Assembly: GCA_963674945.2 (NCBI GenBank)
Contig: CAXXWQ010000004.1
Location: 1,248,001-1,312,000 of the forward strand
DNA length: 64,000 nt
From: an uncultured Desulfosarcina sp.
GTDB taxonomy: Bacteria > Desulfobacterota > Desulfobacteria > Desulfobacterales > Desulfosarcinaceae
Direction of reading: 5' to 3'
In this document: positions 20,214-29,416 of the stretch, in pieces
How positions within the stretch are numbered: position 1 is the first letter of the stretch
Layout of the letters: every line of letters begins with the position of its first letter
The notes under the pieces: generated by a model
Seen by the model: only the letters and a program-made list of their open reading frames with translations
Told to the model about the DNA's origin: nothing
Databases searched by the model: none
Made by a program: the position numbers and the translations under genes

Positions 20214-20756
20214 TTACTTTGGTGACGATGATGAAAGGGTATCGAAATATCTCAGGTAATGATCGAGGTCTTTTTTGGAAAAAAGAACGAAAAGGATTTT
20301 TTGGGGTGATTCATTTTCATTGAGAAACCGCCGGCAGGTGTCCACTGCGATTTTACAGGCTTCGGTGATGGGGTATCCATAGACGCCGCAACTGATGGCC
20401 GGGAAAGCGACGCTTTCAAAACCATGGTCCGATGCCAGGGTGAGGCTGCTGGTATAGCAACTGGACAGAAGCCGGCTGTCTTCGGGTCGCCCCTTGTAAA
20501 CTGGGCCAACGGTGTGGATCACATGCCTTGCGGACAAGTTGTATCCTTTTGTGATTCTCGCCTGACCGGTGGGGCACCCACCGACGGTGCGACATTCGGC
20601 GAGCAGCTCAGGACCGGCGGCCCGGTGGATCGCCCCATCCACGCCACCGCCTCCGAGGAGGGAGGAATTTGCCGCATTGACGATTGCATCGACGGTCATT
20701 CGGGTAATGTCACCCTGCATCGCTTCCATTCGGTCAAGGGGAGTCGGCTGTGCCAT
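20214..20756 (-). CDS. Macro domain protein (O-acetyl-ADP-ribose deacetylase, YmdB-like)
   Basis: 'GDIT', 'VNAANSSLLGGGGVDGAIHRAAG', 'AFPAISCGVYGYP'. Confidence 0.93.
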   Translation of the reverse strand: MAQPTPLDRMEAMQGDITRMTVDAIVNAANSSLLGGGGVDGAIHRAAGPELLAECRTVGGCPTGQARITKGYNLSARHVIHTVGPVYKGRPEDSRLLSSCYTSSLTLASDHGFESVAFPAISCGVYGYPITEACKIAVDTCRRFLNENESPQKILFVLFSKKDLDHYLRYFDTLSSSSPK

Positions 20757-20769
20757 TTCTTACCTCATT

Positions 20770-21264
20770 TCAAAGGTCGTATAATGTTTCGTCCTTTATT
20801 GGTGGCCGACGAATCAAAGCACCACCTTTGCCCTTCTTCCCGGCAAAAGAAAACGGATCTTCCGATTCCAGCAGGTCGCCCATCTCCGCCTCGATCTGCT
20901 CCGGGTCCTCGCCGCGTTCCATTCGGGATATGGCCTCTTCCATGCCCGATCCCAGCTCCATTCCAGTCATGTCACTGAGCTTCCGCATGAGATTGGCTGC
21001 CTGGCGCGGATCGTCTTCGTTGATCCGGTCCGCCTCACTGGCAAGCATCTCCATGGCCTTTTCCATCTTCGTTTCGTCAAAGGGCAGATCTTCGTCCTCC
21101 CCACCCTCTTTTGCCTTACCGGTGAAGGCAAAGGCGGACATCTGGCGCTGCAGCGTTCCGGATTTGCACTTGGGACACGCAGGAATTTTTGTGGTATTTA
21201 TGGAGCGGGAAAAAAAATTGAAAAGCATATTGCAATCCGGACAGTAAAATTCATATATCGGCAT
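20770..21264 (-). CDS. FmdB-family zinc-ribbon protein
   Basis: 'MPIYEFYCPDC...CPKC' followed by an acidic helical tail. Confidence 0.85.
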   Translation of the reverse strand: MPIYEFYCPDCNMLFNFFSRSINTTKIPACPKCKSGTLQRQMSAFAFTGKAKEGGEDEDLPFDETKMEKAMEMLASEADRINEDDPRQAANLMRKLSDMTGMELGSGMEEAISRMERGEDPEQIEAEMGDLLESEDPFSFAGKKGKGGALIRRPPIKDETLYDL

Positions 21265-21518
21265 GGCTACCCCGCAAAAAATATCATCGAATCGTCAACA
21301 AAGGTAAGGTCTGATGGCTGGCATATGCCAAGCCGGGCATTATTGTATATTAGGACGCAAATCCAATTATGTCAACGCTTTAGAATCTATTTGACTTGAA
21401 AATGGGCTTCTGTTAAGTGCCCCTCTATTCATAAATACGATGGCATTCGATTGTTTGGCCATGCGTGGCCTGGAAAAGCTTTTTACGAAGTCGTCACCCA
21501 TATGAAAGGAAATCAGAA

Positions 21519-21938
21519 ATGGAAAAAACACTATCAATCATCAAACCCGACGGCGTCAAACGGGGTGTCATGGGCGAGGTGATCAAGCGCCTGGAGGCGA
21601 ATAACCTGAAAATCATCGCCATGAAGATGATTCACATGACCAGGCGTCAGGCAGAGGGTTTCTACGCCGTGCACCGTGAACGCCCATTTTTCGAAAGCCT
21701 GACCGACTTCATGTCGTCGGGACCGGCGGTGGTCATGGTACTGGAAGGAGAAAACGCCATTGCACGGTATCGCGACCTGATGGGTGCAACCAACTACAAG
21801 GAAGCAGCCGAAGGGACCATTCGGCGGGATTTCGCCACCGATATCGAAAAAAACGTGGTCCACGGATCCGATGCGCCGGAAACCGCCGCCTTTGAGATCG
21901 GTTATTTTTTCAACGCATTTGAAATCACCGCCCCATGA
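21519..21938 (+). CDS. ndk: Nucleoside diphosphate kinase
   Basis: '[12 protein letters not shown]', '[11 protein letters not shown]', 'NVVHGSD'. Confidence 0.98.
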   Translation: MEKTLSIIKPDGVKRGVMGEVIKRLEANNLKIIAMKMIHMTRRQAEGFYAVHRERPFFESLTDFMSSGPAVVMVLEGENAIARYRDLMGATNYKEAAEGTIRRDFATDIEKNVVHGSDAPETAAFEIGYFFNAFEITAP

Positions 21939-22804
21939 CGGTCGGCATTGTCCGGGACAATGTCGCCATTGTCCTGCAGCGGCCCCGGTTTCCCGAAAAC
22001 ATCGGGTCCGCTGCCCGGGCCATGCACAACATGGGATTCTCCCGGCTGATCGTCGTCTCCCCCGAGATCTGGGACGAGACGCGAATTCGCCGCCTGGCCA
22101 CCCATGCCGCCGGCACCATCGTCGATGGTATCGGCCGCTTCGACGACCTTGGGAAGGCCCTTTCACCATACAGGCATGTGGTGGGTACGACGGCTCGGCT
22201 GGGGGGCCAGCGTCCGGTACTCAAATCACCGGAAGTTTTGGCCCGAAAGCTCATTCCCCTCACCCGAAACAATACGGTTGCCATCCTCTTCGGCCCGGAG
22301 GACAGAGGGCTCACCAACGACGACCTTCGGTATTGCCACCGACTGGTCAACATCCCCACGGCGGATTTTTCCTCTTTGAACCTGGCCCAGGCGGTCATGG
22401 TGATGTGTTACTGCCTGGCCAACGTCGATCTTGAAAATCCAACCCCATTTGCCCCGCGCCTTGCCAAGCGAATCGAGCTGGACCAGATGTATGAGGCGTT
22501 GACGGATGCCCTGATTCACATCGGGTACGTGAATCCGGAAAACCCCGATTACTGGATGGCCCGCATTCGACGCTTTTTCACCAGGCTGCAACTTCGCGCC
22601 GGTGAGACCAGCATCGTTCGCGGTATTTGCAGGCAGATCCGACGCTATGGAGAACGGCGATACGCCGATGGAGTACAAGAGGGACGAAGAAAGCTCATAG
22701 TTGATAACGCAACGGTGCAACCGATGAGCGATAAATCACCGACCACCCGTGGAGCCGGCGGTTTGATGAAGCCCCCCTCTGAAGGGGGATTGAAACCGGA
22801 TTAA
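21935..22804 (+). CDS. trmJ: TrmJ/LasT-type SPOUT RNA methyltransferase
   Basis: '[15 protein letters not shown]', '[10 protein letters not shown]', 'SLNLAQAV'. Confidence 0.8.
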   Translation: MTVGIVRDNVAIVLQRPRFPENIGSAARAMHNMGFSRLIVVSPEIWDETRIRRLATHAAGTIVDGIGRFDDLGKALSPYRHVVGTTARLGGQRPVLKSPEVLARKLIPLTRNNTVAILFGPEDRGLTNDDLRYCHRLVNIPTADFSSLNLAQAVMVMCYCLANVDLENPTPFAPRLAKRIELDQMYEALTDALIHIGYVNPENPDYWMARIRRFFTRLQLRAGETSIVRGICRQIRRYGERRYADGVQEGRRKLIVDNATVQPMSDKSPTTRGAGGLMKPPSEGGLKPD

Positions 22805-22805
22805 T

Positions 22806-22965
22806 GAACTTCCAACATCGAACATTGAATAAGGAATTCTATCCTTTTTAGACAAAGCCTTCATCTTTTATCCTACCTGGAAAAAAAATACGATTTCATA
22901 GGAACGATGGAGCGAAGCGATCGCATCATTCACCGTTGGACGTTCGGTGTTCAATGTTCGACGTT
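22806..22965. repeat. Intergenic inverted repeat built of 7-mer units (AACATCG/AACATTG versus TGTTCAA/TGTTCGA)
   Basis: aacatcgaacattgaa ... cgttggacgttcggtgttcaatgttcgacgtt, with internal 'ggagcgaagcga'. Confidence 0.7.
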
Positions 22966-22973
22966 TAAATGGG

Positions 22974-24515
22974 CTATCCGCTATCTGCTCCCACCGGCCC
23001 GCAAGCCACCACACGCCCCCGATCCAACGCCAGATGATGCGTCGTGCAAAAAGGAATTTCTGCCCTACGATGGGAGATATAAATAAGACTGGTTTTTTCC
23101 TCCCGGCCGATCTTTTCCACGAGCCGCAAAACGATCTTCCGGGTTTTGTCATCGAGCCCCGCACATGGTTCGTCCAGCAGCAATAACCGCGGCGATTTCA
23201 CCATGGCCCGGGCGATGAGAACCGCCTGGCGCTGGCCCCTGGAGAGGCGATCGAACAACGTGGACGAAAGTCCGGCTGCATCCAGTTTGGCCAGCCACCC
23301 TTTGGCCGTCTTTACCTGTCTGTCGTCGCAGTATCGATACAGCCCCACCGAATCGAAGAAACCCGAACAAACCACCTCCAACGCGGTCAACGATTTTTGG
23401 TATCCAATGGCCAGATCGTGACTGACCACGCCCAGATGTCTGCGGATCTCCCAAAGCGTCTGGTGGGGGCCGCGGTTTTGCCCGAGGAGGCGTACCCGGT
23501 TGGCGAACACCTGCAGACAGTCACCGGTGATCAGCTTGAGAAGGGTCGTTTTACCGGCACCGTTGGGCCCGGTGACGGCCCAGTGCTCACCCGGATTCAC
23601 CTTCCAGGAGAGATGGTCCAACACGACAGTATCGCCGTAGCGAACCGTCACCGCCGCCATATCAATCAACGGCTCCGGCGAAGGCCCTCGTGCCGATGGG
23701 TGTGGAACGGACCCCAAGGTGGGTGTGGGACGACTCTTCTGGTCCGAAGCAATCTTTGAAGGAAGTTTCGTCTGTGAAGTGATTCGGTCGATGGGTCCGG
23801 CGTGAACCACGCGACCGTCATCAATGACGAGCCGATGGGTGGTGGTATCGAGAATCTCGTCTTCATGGTGGGTGATGAATATCATGGGAAATCCCGTGCC
23901 CGCCAGTTCCTGGAACATGACCTTTAACTGCTCTCGACTTTCCGGGTCGAGGCCGTCGAAGGGTTCGTCCAAGATCAGGATTTTTGGATTGCGAACCATC
24001 TCCCGGGCAACGAGTACGCGACTCATCTCCCCGGTGGAAATGGCCATGGCCGGCTTTTCCAGAAGGTGATGAATGTCAAACATCCGGATCGCGTCCACAA
24101 TGGGCGTCTCCCGATAAGCGGTGGTGCACTGGAAAGGCAAACGGCGACGTAGCAGAAGGTCACGAACCGGTGTCGACGCGTCGTACCGGCCTGCGTAGGC
24201 ACGGGCATGATCAAGGCGCCTCTCCCTCTGCCAAAACGCCCTTCGTGTATCGCTGTCCACATAGGCGATGGCATCTGCGGGAAAAATGCCGTCAAAGGAG
24301 TGGTAGTGAATTTTTCCCTGAACCACGGGCAGCAGACCGGCAATGGCCCTGGCCAGTGTCGTCTTGCCCGCCCCGTTGGGACCGACCACCAACCACTGTT
24401 CCCCGGCGTTGATTCGCCAGGAAAGGCCGTTCAGCAGCCAACGGTCCCGGAGGCGGACGGCGATTCGATCGATGGAGATCAAAGGCGTGGGCGGTGGTTT
24501 GCGGGCGGTATTCAC
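22974..24515 (-). CDS. ModF-like ABC ATPase with two NBDs
   Basis: Two Walker A motifs GPNGAGKTT, 'STGE'/'SRGQ' signatures and two 'LDEP' motifs. No TM segments. Confidence 0.85.
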   Translation of the reverse strand: MNTARKPPPTPLISIDRIAVRLRDRWLLNGLSWRINAGEQWLVVGPNGAGKTTLARAIAGLLPVVQGKIHYHSFDGIFPADAIAYVDSDTRRAFWQRERRLDHARAYAGRYDASTPVRDLLLRRRLPFQCTTAYRETPIVDAIRMFDIHHLLEKPAMAISTGEMSRVLVAREMVRNPKILILDEPFDGLDPESREQLKVMFQELAGTGFPMIFITHHEDEILDTTTHRLVIDDGRVVHAGPIDRITSQTKLPSKIASDQKSRPTPTLGSVPHPSARGPSPEPLIDMAAVTVRYGDTVVLDHLSWKVNPGEHWAVTGPNGAGKTTLLKLITGDCLQVFANRVRLLGQNRGPHQTLWEIRRHLGVVSHDLAIGYQKSLTALEVVCSGFFDSVGLYRYCDDRQVKTAKGWLAKLDAAGLSSTLFDRLSRGQRQAVLIARAMVKSPRLLLLDEPCAGLDDKTRKIVLRLVEKIGREEKTSLIYISHRRAEIPFCTTHHLALDRGRVVACGPVGADSG

Positions 24516-24740
24516 AGTTCAAGGTTCACGGTTCATCGTTCGATGCCGATAGCTGATAGTGAGCAGCTGATTGCTCATAGGGTAGGATAATAACCGAGGC
24601 CATTGGTGTGGATTTGCTGGTTACGGATGCCTGCCACTGATTGCAGATTACTGCTCACCGGCTGAACAATTCCCCTATCAGCTGAAAGCCACAAGATATG
24701 AGCTTTCTTCATCCCTCATCCTTCGTCCCTCGTCCCTCGG
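24511..24740. repeat. Cluster of degenerate 7-mer tandem repeats
   Basis: (g)ttcacag/ttcaagg/ttcacgg. gctgata/gctgatt/gctcata, with inverted counterparts ctatcagc/atatgagc near 24675-24705. tccctca/tccttcg/tccctcg. Confidence 0.6.
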
Positions 24741-24912
24741 GCTTTTCCCCCATGATCGCCCCGACTCCTTTTGCATCGGTGCAAGAATCGGAAGATGCGC
24801 AGCACGTACAGGCACAATCACAGGTCTCTTTTTTCCATACACTCCGATAAAAGCGCCGGCCCACGTAGATGGCGGCGATGGCGACGATGATGGCGACAGT
24901 CACGTTTTCCAT
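24709..24912 (-). CDS. FeoB-associated Cys-rich small membrane protein
   Basis: One N-terminal TM helix, then 'CDCACTCC...C'. RBS gaggag. Downstream of feoB on the same strand. Confidence 0.75.
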   Translation of the reverse strand: MENVTVAIIVAIAAIYVGRRFYRSVWKKETCDCACTCCASSDSCTDAKGVGAIMGEKPEGRGTKDEG

Positions 24913-24973
24913 GAGTCAGCTCCTCTGTTTTTCCCGTGAAGGAAAACGGGCCTTTTTTACGGAAATCATAACA

Positions 24974-26629
24974 CCTGAATCAGTGGCCTAATTTTTGCTG
25001 TTAGGATTGGCGCGGGGCGATTGCCTCACACACCATCATTTGTTGATAATTTTTCTCACTATTTTCAAATTTCGAAGGAATTTTGCTCCTGTTTCTCATT
25101 CTTTAGCCATAGCAAATCACCAAGCAAATGCCTGTAAAATTGTTCTTTTAAAAATTATAGCTACTTCATAGCGGAAAGCAAATTCAGACGAAGATAAATC
25201 CGATCCATCAGTTTGGAAAATGGATTGAGTTGGCCAAAGGATATGTACCATTTTCTACTTCTGGTTACTAATCGACCGGCCATATACATCAAGTCCTGCA
25301 TGACTGTCCGGATTCGACGCCGGGTAACTTTCTTCCGGCGTATACCGGGCAATTCAGTCGGATCACTCTCTTCGATGCTGATTTGTCCGATAATCCGTAG
25401 CATGTTGTACGTCAGCATCGCCAAATGAAGAATCAAGCTATTGGTGGAAAAATGACCGCTCGGCAAGCGCTCCAGGCCCATGTCGGATTTGAGTTCGGAG
25501 TGAAACTGCTCGCTGGTACCGTGATCGTGATAAAGTCGAATCACCTCATCCGGTGGCAACTGTGCGAGGCTGCACCAATAGGTATCGATCTGATACTCGG
25601 GGAACAGCAGTACTTGGCCCTTTTTGGTATGCCTTTCGGTAACCTCAAAGATGATTGGGTAGCGCAATGGATTGCCGTTGATGTCTTCAATCGTCTTTCC
25701 GATCCATACACATTTTCCTGAGCGGCAATGCTGTTGCTTGCCGGATTTTTTTGCCAGATCAACCCACTTTTGAACAGATTCTCTACGCAAATTGCGTTTG
25801 ATGATAAAGTGGACATTCTTTCGTGAATCGTCAGGAAAGTTGTCTTGACTGTCGTTTCCTGAATCCAACCTCATCAAAATAGGCTGATCGGTAATTTGCC
25901 TGGCATAATCCAAGGTGGCGTTGATAAATTCGGGGGTGTTTTTCTGGCAGTGTTGTTTTCCTTCTCTGAACTCAAGATTCACCAGATACCCCTCGGTGCC
26001 CAGGTAGGCAAAGATCGGAGCGAAGCCATCCGTGCCTTTGTAGGTTCTGGAAACGCCTTCCTTTTGAGTCTTTGAGTTGTCAAACGGACTCACATCCATA
26101 TCCAAAGGAAGGAAATCACCCGCACTGGTTTGGATGGGTGAAATCGCCGGAGCGCAGGATCGAACCAAATCAACGCCTGCATCCTTAATCAGCTTATCGG
26201 CTTGGTTGCCGATCAAATCGATTCGCTGACGCAATGTCGGGCTTGACGGGCATGCACGATTGCCAATGGCCTTGTTGAAAAATTCTTGCTTCTCACGAAA
26301 AATCTCGATCGCATCGTAATCAGGTTTACCAATACTCATGAGAGCAATCATCGAAGCTAAAATGTCACCATGAGAAATTTTCGGGTCTACACAATGGACG
26401 CCGTTGATCTTTTCGAAACGGAACCTGAAATTTATCGCATCAAGTAATGCGCCGATATTGATCAATCCGCTATGACTGGCAAGTTTTTCCATCTCGTGTT
26501 TTATGGTGATCGGACGCCGCATTGATTTCACCTCCGAAGTGAGCGTTTAGTGCCCTAATATTACCATAATATATATGTTTTATCAATTGGTTATAGTGTT
26601 TTAATCAGGTTTTGTGCCACGGAAACAGG
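24974..26629 (-). mobile_element. IS1380-family insertion sequence, 1656 bp, flanked by ATAACA direct repeats
   Basis: Imperfect terminal IRs CCTGAATCAGTGGC (left) and CCTGTTTCCGTGGC (right, reverse complement). ATAACA at 24968-24973 and 26630-26635. Lower GC than the flanks. Confidence 0.9.
25161..26531 (-). CDS. IS1380-family DDE transposase
   Basis: 'PLDMDVSPFDNS', 'LMRLDSGND', 'YHDHGTSEQFHSELKSDMGLERLPSG', 'LTYNMLR'. Confidence 0.88.
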   Translation of the reverse strand: MKSMRRPITIKHEMEKLASHSGLINIGALLDAINFRFRFEKINGVHCVDPKISHGDILASMIALMSIGKPDYDAIEIFREKQEFFNKAIGNRACPSSPTLRQRIDLIGNQADKLIKDAGVDLVRSCAPAISPIQTSAGDFLPLDMDVSPFDNSKTQKEGVSRTYKGTDGFAPIFAYLGTEGYLVNLEFREGKQHCQKNTPEFINATLDYARQITDQPILMRLDSGNDSQDNFPDDSRKNVHFIIKRNLRRESVQKWVDLAKKSGKQQHCRSGKCVWIGKTIEDINGNPLRYPIIFEVTERHTKKGQVLLFPEYQIDTYWCSLAQLPPDEVIRLYHDHGTSEQFHSELKSDMGLERLPSGHFSTNSLILHLAMLTYNMLRIIGQISIEESDPTELPGIRRKKVTRRRIRTVMQDLMYMAGRLVTRSRKWYISFGQLNPFSKLMDRIYLRLNLLSAMK

Positions 26630-26636
26630 ATAACAT

Positions 26637-26788
26637 TATGAATCCGTAAAAAGTCAGGTTTCGGACGGCTTCGTCAAAAGTTCGAGATCAAGGATTGCGA
26701 GTCCCGAGGAATGAGGCGTATGTACGGATACGTCGCAGTGACGAGGGATGAAGCGTAACGCCGATATCGGACTTTTGACGAAGCCGTC
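26637..26788. repeat. Dispersed palindromic element, copy 2
   Basis: Perfect 18-bp IR gacggcttcgtcaaaagt (26664-26681) / acttttgacgaagccgtc (26771-26788). Confidence 0.88.
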
Positions 26789-26800
26789 AGACATAAAATA

Positions 26801-29017
26801 TCAGACACCCAGAGCCGTACCCACCTGGAATATGATCACGGCCAGGAAAAAGGCCAGCATTGTGTTGAATGCCATGGAAAAGAGACCCCATTTCCACGAG
26901 GATTCCTTGACGATACAAATGACGGTGACGAAACAGGGGGAATAGAACATGACGAAAATCATAAGACTCCAGGCGGTAAGTACACGCCAATGGGACTGGG
27001 ATACAAGTTTTTGGGCCAATGGCTCGGCCTGTTCGGCATCCACCGATCCCAGCGAGTATGCCGTCCCCAAAGTTGAGATGATCACCTCCTTGGCGGCAAA
27101 CCCGCCCAAAAGGGAAATGTTGGTGCGCCAATCGAACCCGGCCAAACATGTAATTCGCTCCAACTGAACCCCGATGCGGCCGGCCATCGAGTGACGCAAT
27201 GCGGTTTCGGCCTGTCCGGCGTCGACGGTCCGCAATTGATTTCGCAGCATGGTCGCATCTTCGGAAAGGTCGTCACCGTCCGTCGCCGCTTCGATTTCGG
27301 CGACCACGTGGGAGGAGGCATTGGCAAAAATCTGGCGACGCTGGTTTTCGAATCGATCCAGCTGGGCGTCGGGCAGCCGCGGGAACGTCATGGCGGCCCA
27401 AAGCAATACGGAGATGCCGAGGATCACGGTTCCCGCCTTTTTGATGTACTGCCAGGTTCGCTCCCAGGTGTGGATCATCAGGCCCTTGAATGTGGGCAAC
27501 CGGTAGGGGGGCAGTTCCATGACAAAGGGCGTCGACGCCCCCTTGACCACGGTCAGTCGGAAAAATTTGGCCGCAAGCAGGGCACCGCACCAGGAGATAA
27601 GGGTAAGGATGAACATCATCCGTGCCCGGCTGTCGGGAAAAAAGGCGGCGATAAGCAGTGCAAACACGGGCAGTTTGGCCCCGCAGTTCATGAAAGGCGC
27701 CGTCAGCAAGGTGGCGATTCGCTCCTTTGGCGAGCGCAGGGTCCTGGTGGCCATGACGCCGGGCACGGCACATCCGCCGGCAATGCCGCCCGAAACGATA
27801 TAGGCCATCACCGAAGAACCGTGGAGACCGAAGATCTGAAAAACCCGGTCGAGCATGAAGGCGACCCGGGCCAGATATCCGGAATCCTCCAATATGGCGA
27901 TTCCGAAAAACATGAAAAGGATCAACGGCACAAAGCCGAGCACCCCCCCAACCCCGTCGATCATGCCGGAGACCACCAGGGATTTAAGCAATCCATCCGG
28001 CAAGACGGCCGAAACCATCCGGGAAAGCCACTCGAAAAATCCCTCACACCAGGCCACGGGAATTTCGCTGTACGTGAAAACAAATTGGTAAAGAACCAGG
28101 AGTACCAGCATCATGATGATGGGGCCGGCAAAACGGTTCACCAGGACCTTGTCGATACGGTCGGAGAGGAAAAGACGGTTTCTGTCGTTTTTCTCCCGCA
28201 TGATACCCTGCTTGAGCACGCTGCTGATGAAACCGTATCGCTGGTCGGCAATCATGGCCTCGGGATAGGTCTCCAGGGTCTCTTGAATGTGAGCACCCAC
28301 CTTTTCGACGATGGCCTCCAGCCGATCGGCGATGTCCGGGTCGTTCTCCCTCCCCTTGTTTAGAATCTGTTCGTCGTTTTCAAGGTACTTGATGGCGATC
28401 CACCGGGATGGGTAGGATTGGGTGAGAAAGTTTTTCTCCTGGATCAGCGCCTCCATTTCCGATATGGCGGTCTCCAGATCGCGGCCGTATGATATCCGAA
28501 GCGGCTGTGACGCCGGCATGTTGGCCATCGCATCCACCGCATCCATCAGTGATTTTTTCCCAAACCCGCTGCGGGCAATGATGGGTACCACCGGAACGCC
28601 GAGCAAGCGGGAGAGTTTTTTATGGTCGACTTCGATGCCGCGATTCTTGGCCACATCGATCATGTTCAGCGCCACGCAGGTGGGAATTCCCAACTCCAGA
28701 AACTGGATGGTCAGATAGAGGTTTCGTTCCAGGTTCGAGGCATCCACGATGTTGACGGTAACCCGCGGACACTCGTTTACCAGAAAATCCCTCGCCACCA
28801 CCTCCTCGACGCTGTAAGCGGTGAGAGAATAGGTACCGGGGAGGTCGACGATGTGCATCTCGTGTCCGTTATGCACATATCGCCCTTCTTTGCGATCCAC
28901 CGTGACACCGGGATAGTTGCCCACGTGCTGACGGGAACCGGTGAGGGCATTAAAAAGGGTGGTTTTCCCGGCATTGGGATTACCACCCAGCGCAACGCAG
29001 TACTTTATCTTATCCAT
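26801..29017 (-). CDS. feoB: Ferrous iron transporter FeoB
   Basis: G1 'GNPNAGKTT', 'GNYPGVTV', 'DLPGTYSL', 'LEDSGYLAR', multi-TM C-terminus. Confidence 0.98.
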   Translation of the reverse strand: MDKIKYCVALGGNPNAGKTTLFNALTGSRQHVGNYPGVTVDRKEGRYVHNGHEMHIVDLPGTYSLTAYSVEEVVARDFLVNECPRVTVNIVDASNLERNLYLTIQFLELGIPTCVALNMIDVAKNRGIEVDHKKLSRLLGVPVVPIIARSGFGKKSLMDAVDAMANMPASQPLRISYGRDLETAISEMEALIQEKNFLTQSYPSRWIAIKYLENDEQILNKGRENDPDIADRLEAIVEKVGAHIQETLETYPEAMIADQRYGFISSVLKQGIMREKNDRNRLFLSDRIDKVLVNRFAGPIIMMLVLLVLYQFVFTYSEIPVAWCEGFFEWLSRMVSAVLPDGLLKSLVVSGMIDGVGGVLGFVPLILFMFFGIAILEDSGYLARVAFMLDRVFQIFGLHGSSVMAYIVSGGIAGGCAVPGVMATRTLRSPKERIATLLTAPFMNCGAKLPVFALLIAAFFPDSRARMMFILTLISWCGALLAAKFFRLTVVKGASTPFVMELPPYRLPTFKGLMIHTWERTWQYIKKAGTVILGISVLLWAAMTFPRLPDAQLDRFENQRRQIFANASSHVVAEIEAATDGDDLSEDATMLRNQLRTVDAGQAETALRHSMAGRIGVQLERITCLAGFDWRTNISLLGGFAAKEVIISTLGTAYSLGSVDAEQAEPLAQKLVSQSHWRVLTAWSLMIFVMFYSPCFVTVICIVKESSWKWGLFSMAFNTMLAFFLAVIIFQVGTALGV

Positions 29018-29246
29018 CGACTTCGACTTCGATATGGTCCGCCTCGTTGTTTCGAAGGGTCAGGGTAAATCCTTTGACACGCAGGGCCACCGGATCGTAA
29101 AGGGGTGCACGTCCCTGGATCTTGATGTGGGCGCCCGGCACCAGGCCCATGTCCCGGATGCGACGGCCCAACTCACCGCAAACCCGAATGCTTGCGATGG
29201 TTCCTTCCTGGTTCACACTCATGTTCCGGACATTGACACGTTTCAT
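29010..29246 (-). CDS. feoA: Ferrous iron transport protein FeoA
   Basis: 'RRIRDMGLVPG...APLYDP...LTLRNNEA'. Confidence 0.93.
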   Translation of the reverse strand: MKRVNVRNMSVNQEGTIASIRVCGELGRRIRDMGLVPGAHIKIQGRAPLYDPVALRVKGFTLTLRNNEADHIEVEVDG

Positions 29247-29261
29247 CACAACACACTCCGA

Positions 29262-29316
29262 GTAGAATTTCATTATTCGCAAAAAGTTAGATATGCCAAA
29301 CTTTTATTGGTGTCAA
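29262..29316 (-). promoter_or_regulatory. feoAB promoter with a weak Fur-box-like tract
   Basis: TTGACA-N17-TATCTA on the minus strand, followed by 'gcgaataatgaaattct', only a partial match to GATAATGATAATCATTATC. Confidence 0.45.
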
Positions 29317-29416
29317 TAAAAAAATTGCCGGTGATCTCACTTGGAAATCGGGTGAACAAATCACTCAACCATTTTGAATAACAATATAATTCAACACATT
29401 GCTTCGACCCGACGGG

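Noticed and set aside
24511..24740. Possible CRISPR array
   Set aside because: Units are 7 nt with no unique spacers, and there are no cas genes in the window.
29373..29393. TTGAAT...ATTCAA palindrome as a Fur box
   Set aside because: Spacing does not fit the Fur consensus and it is far upstream of the predicted feoA promoter.
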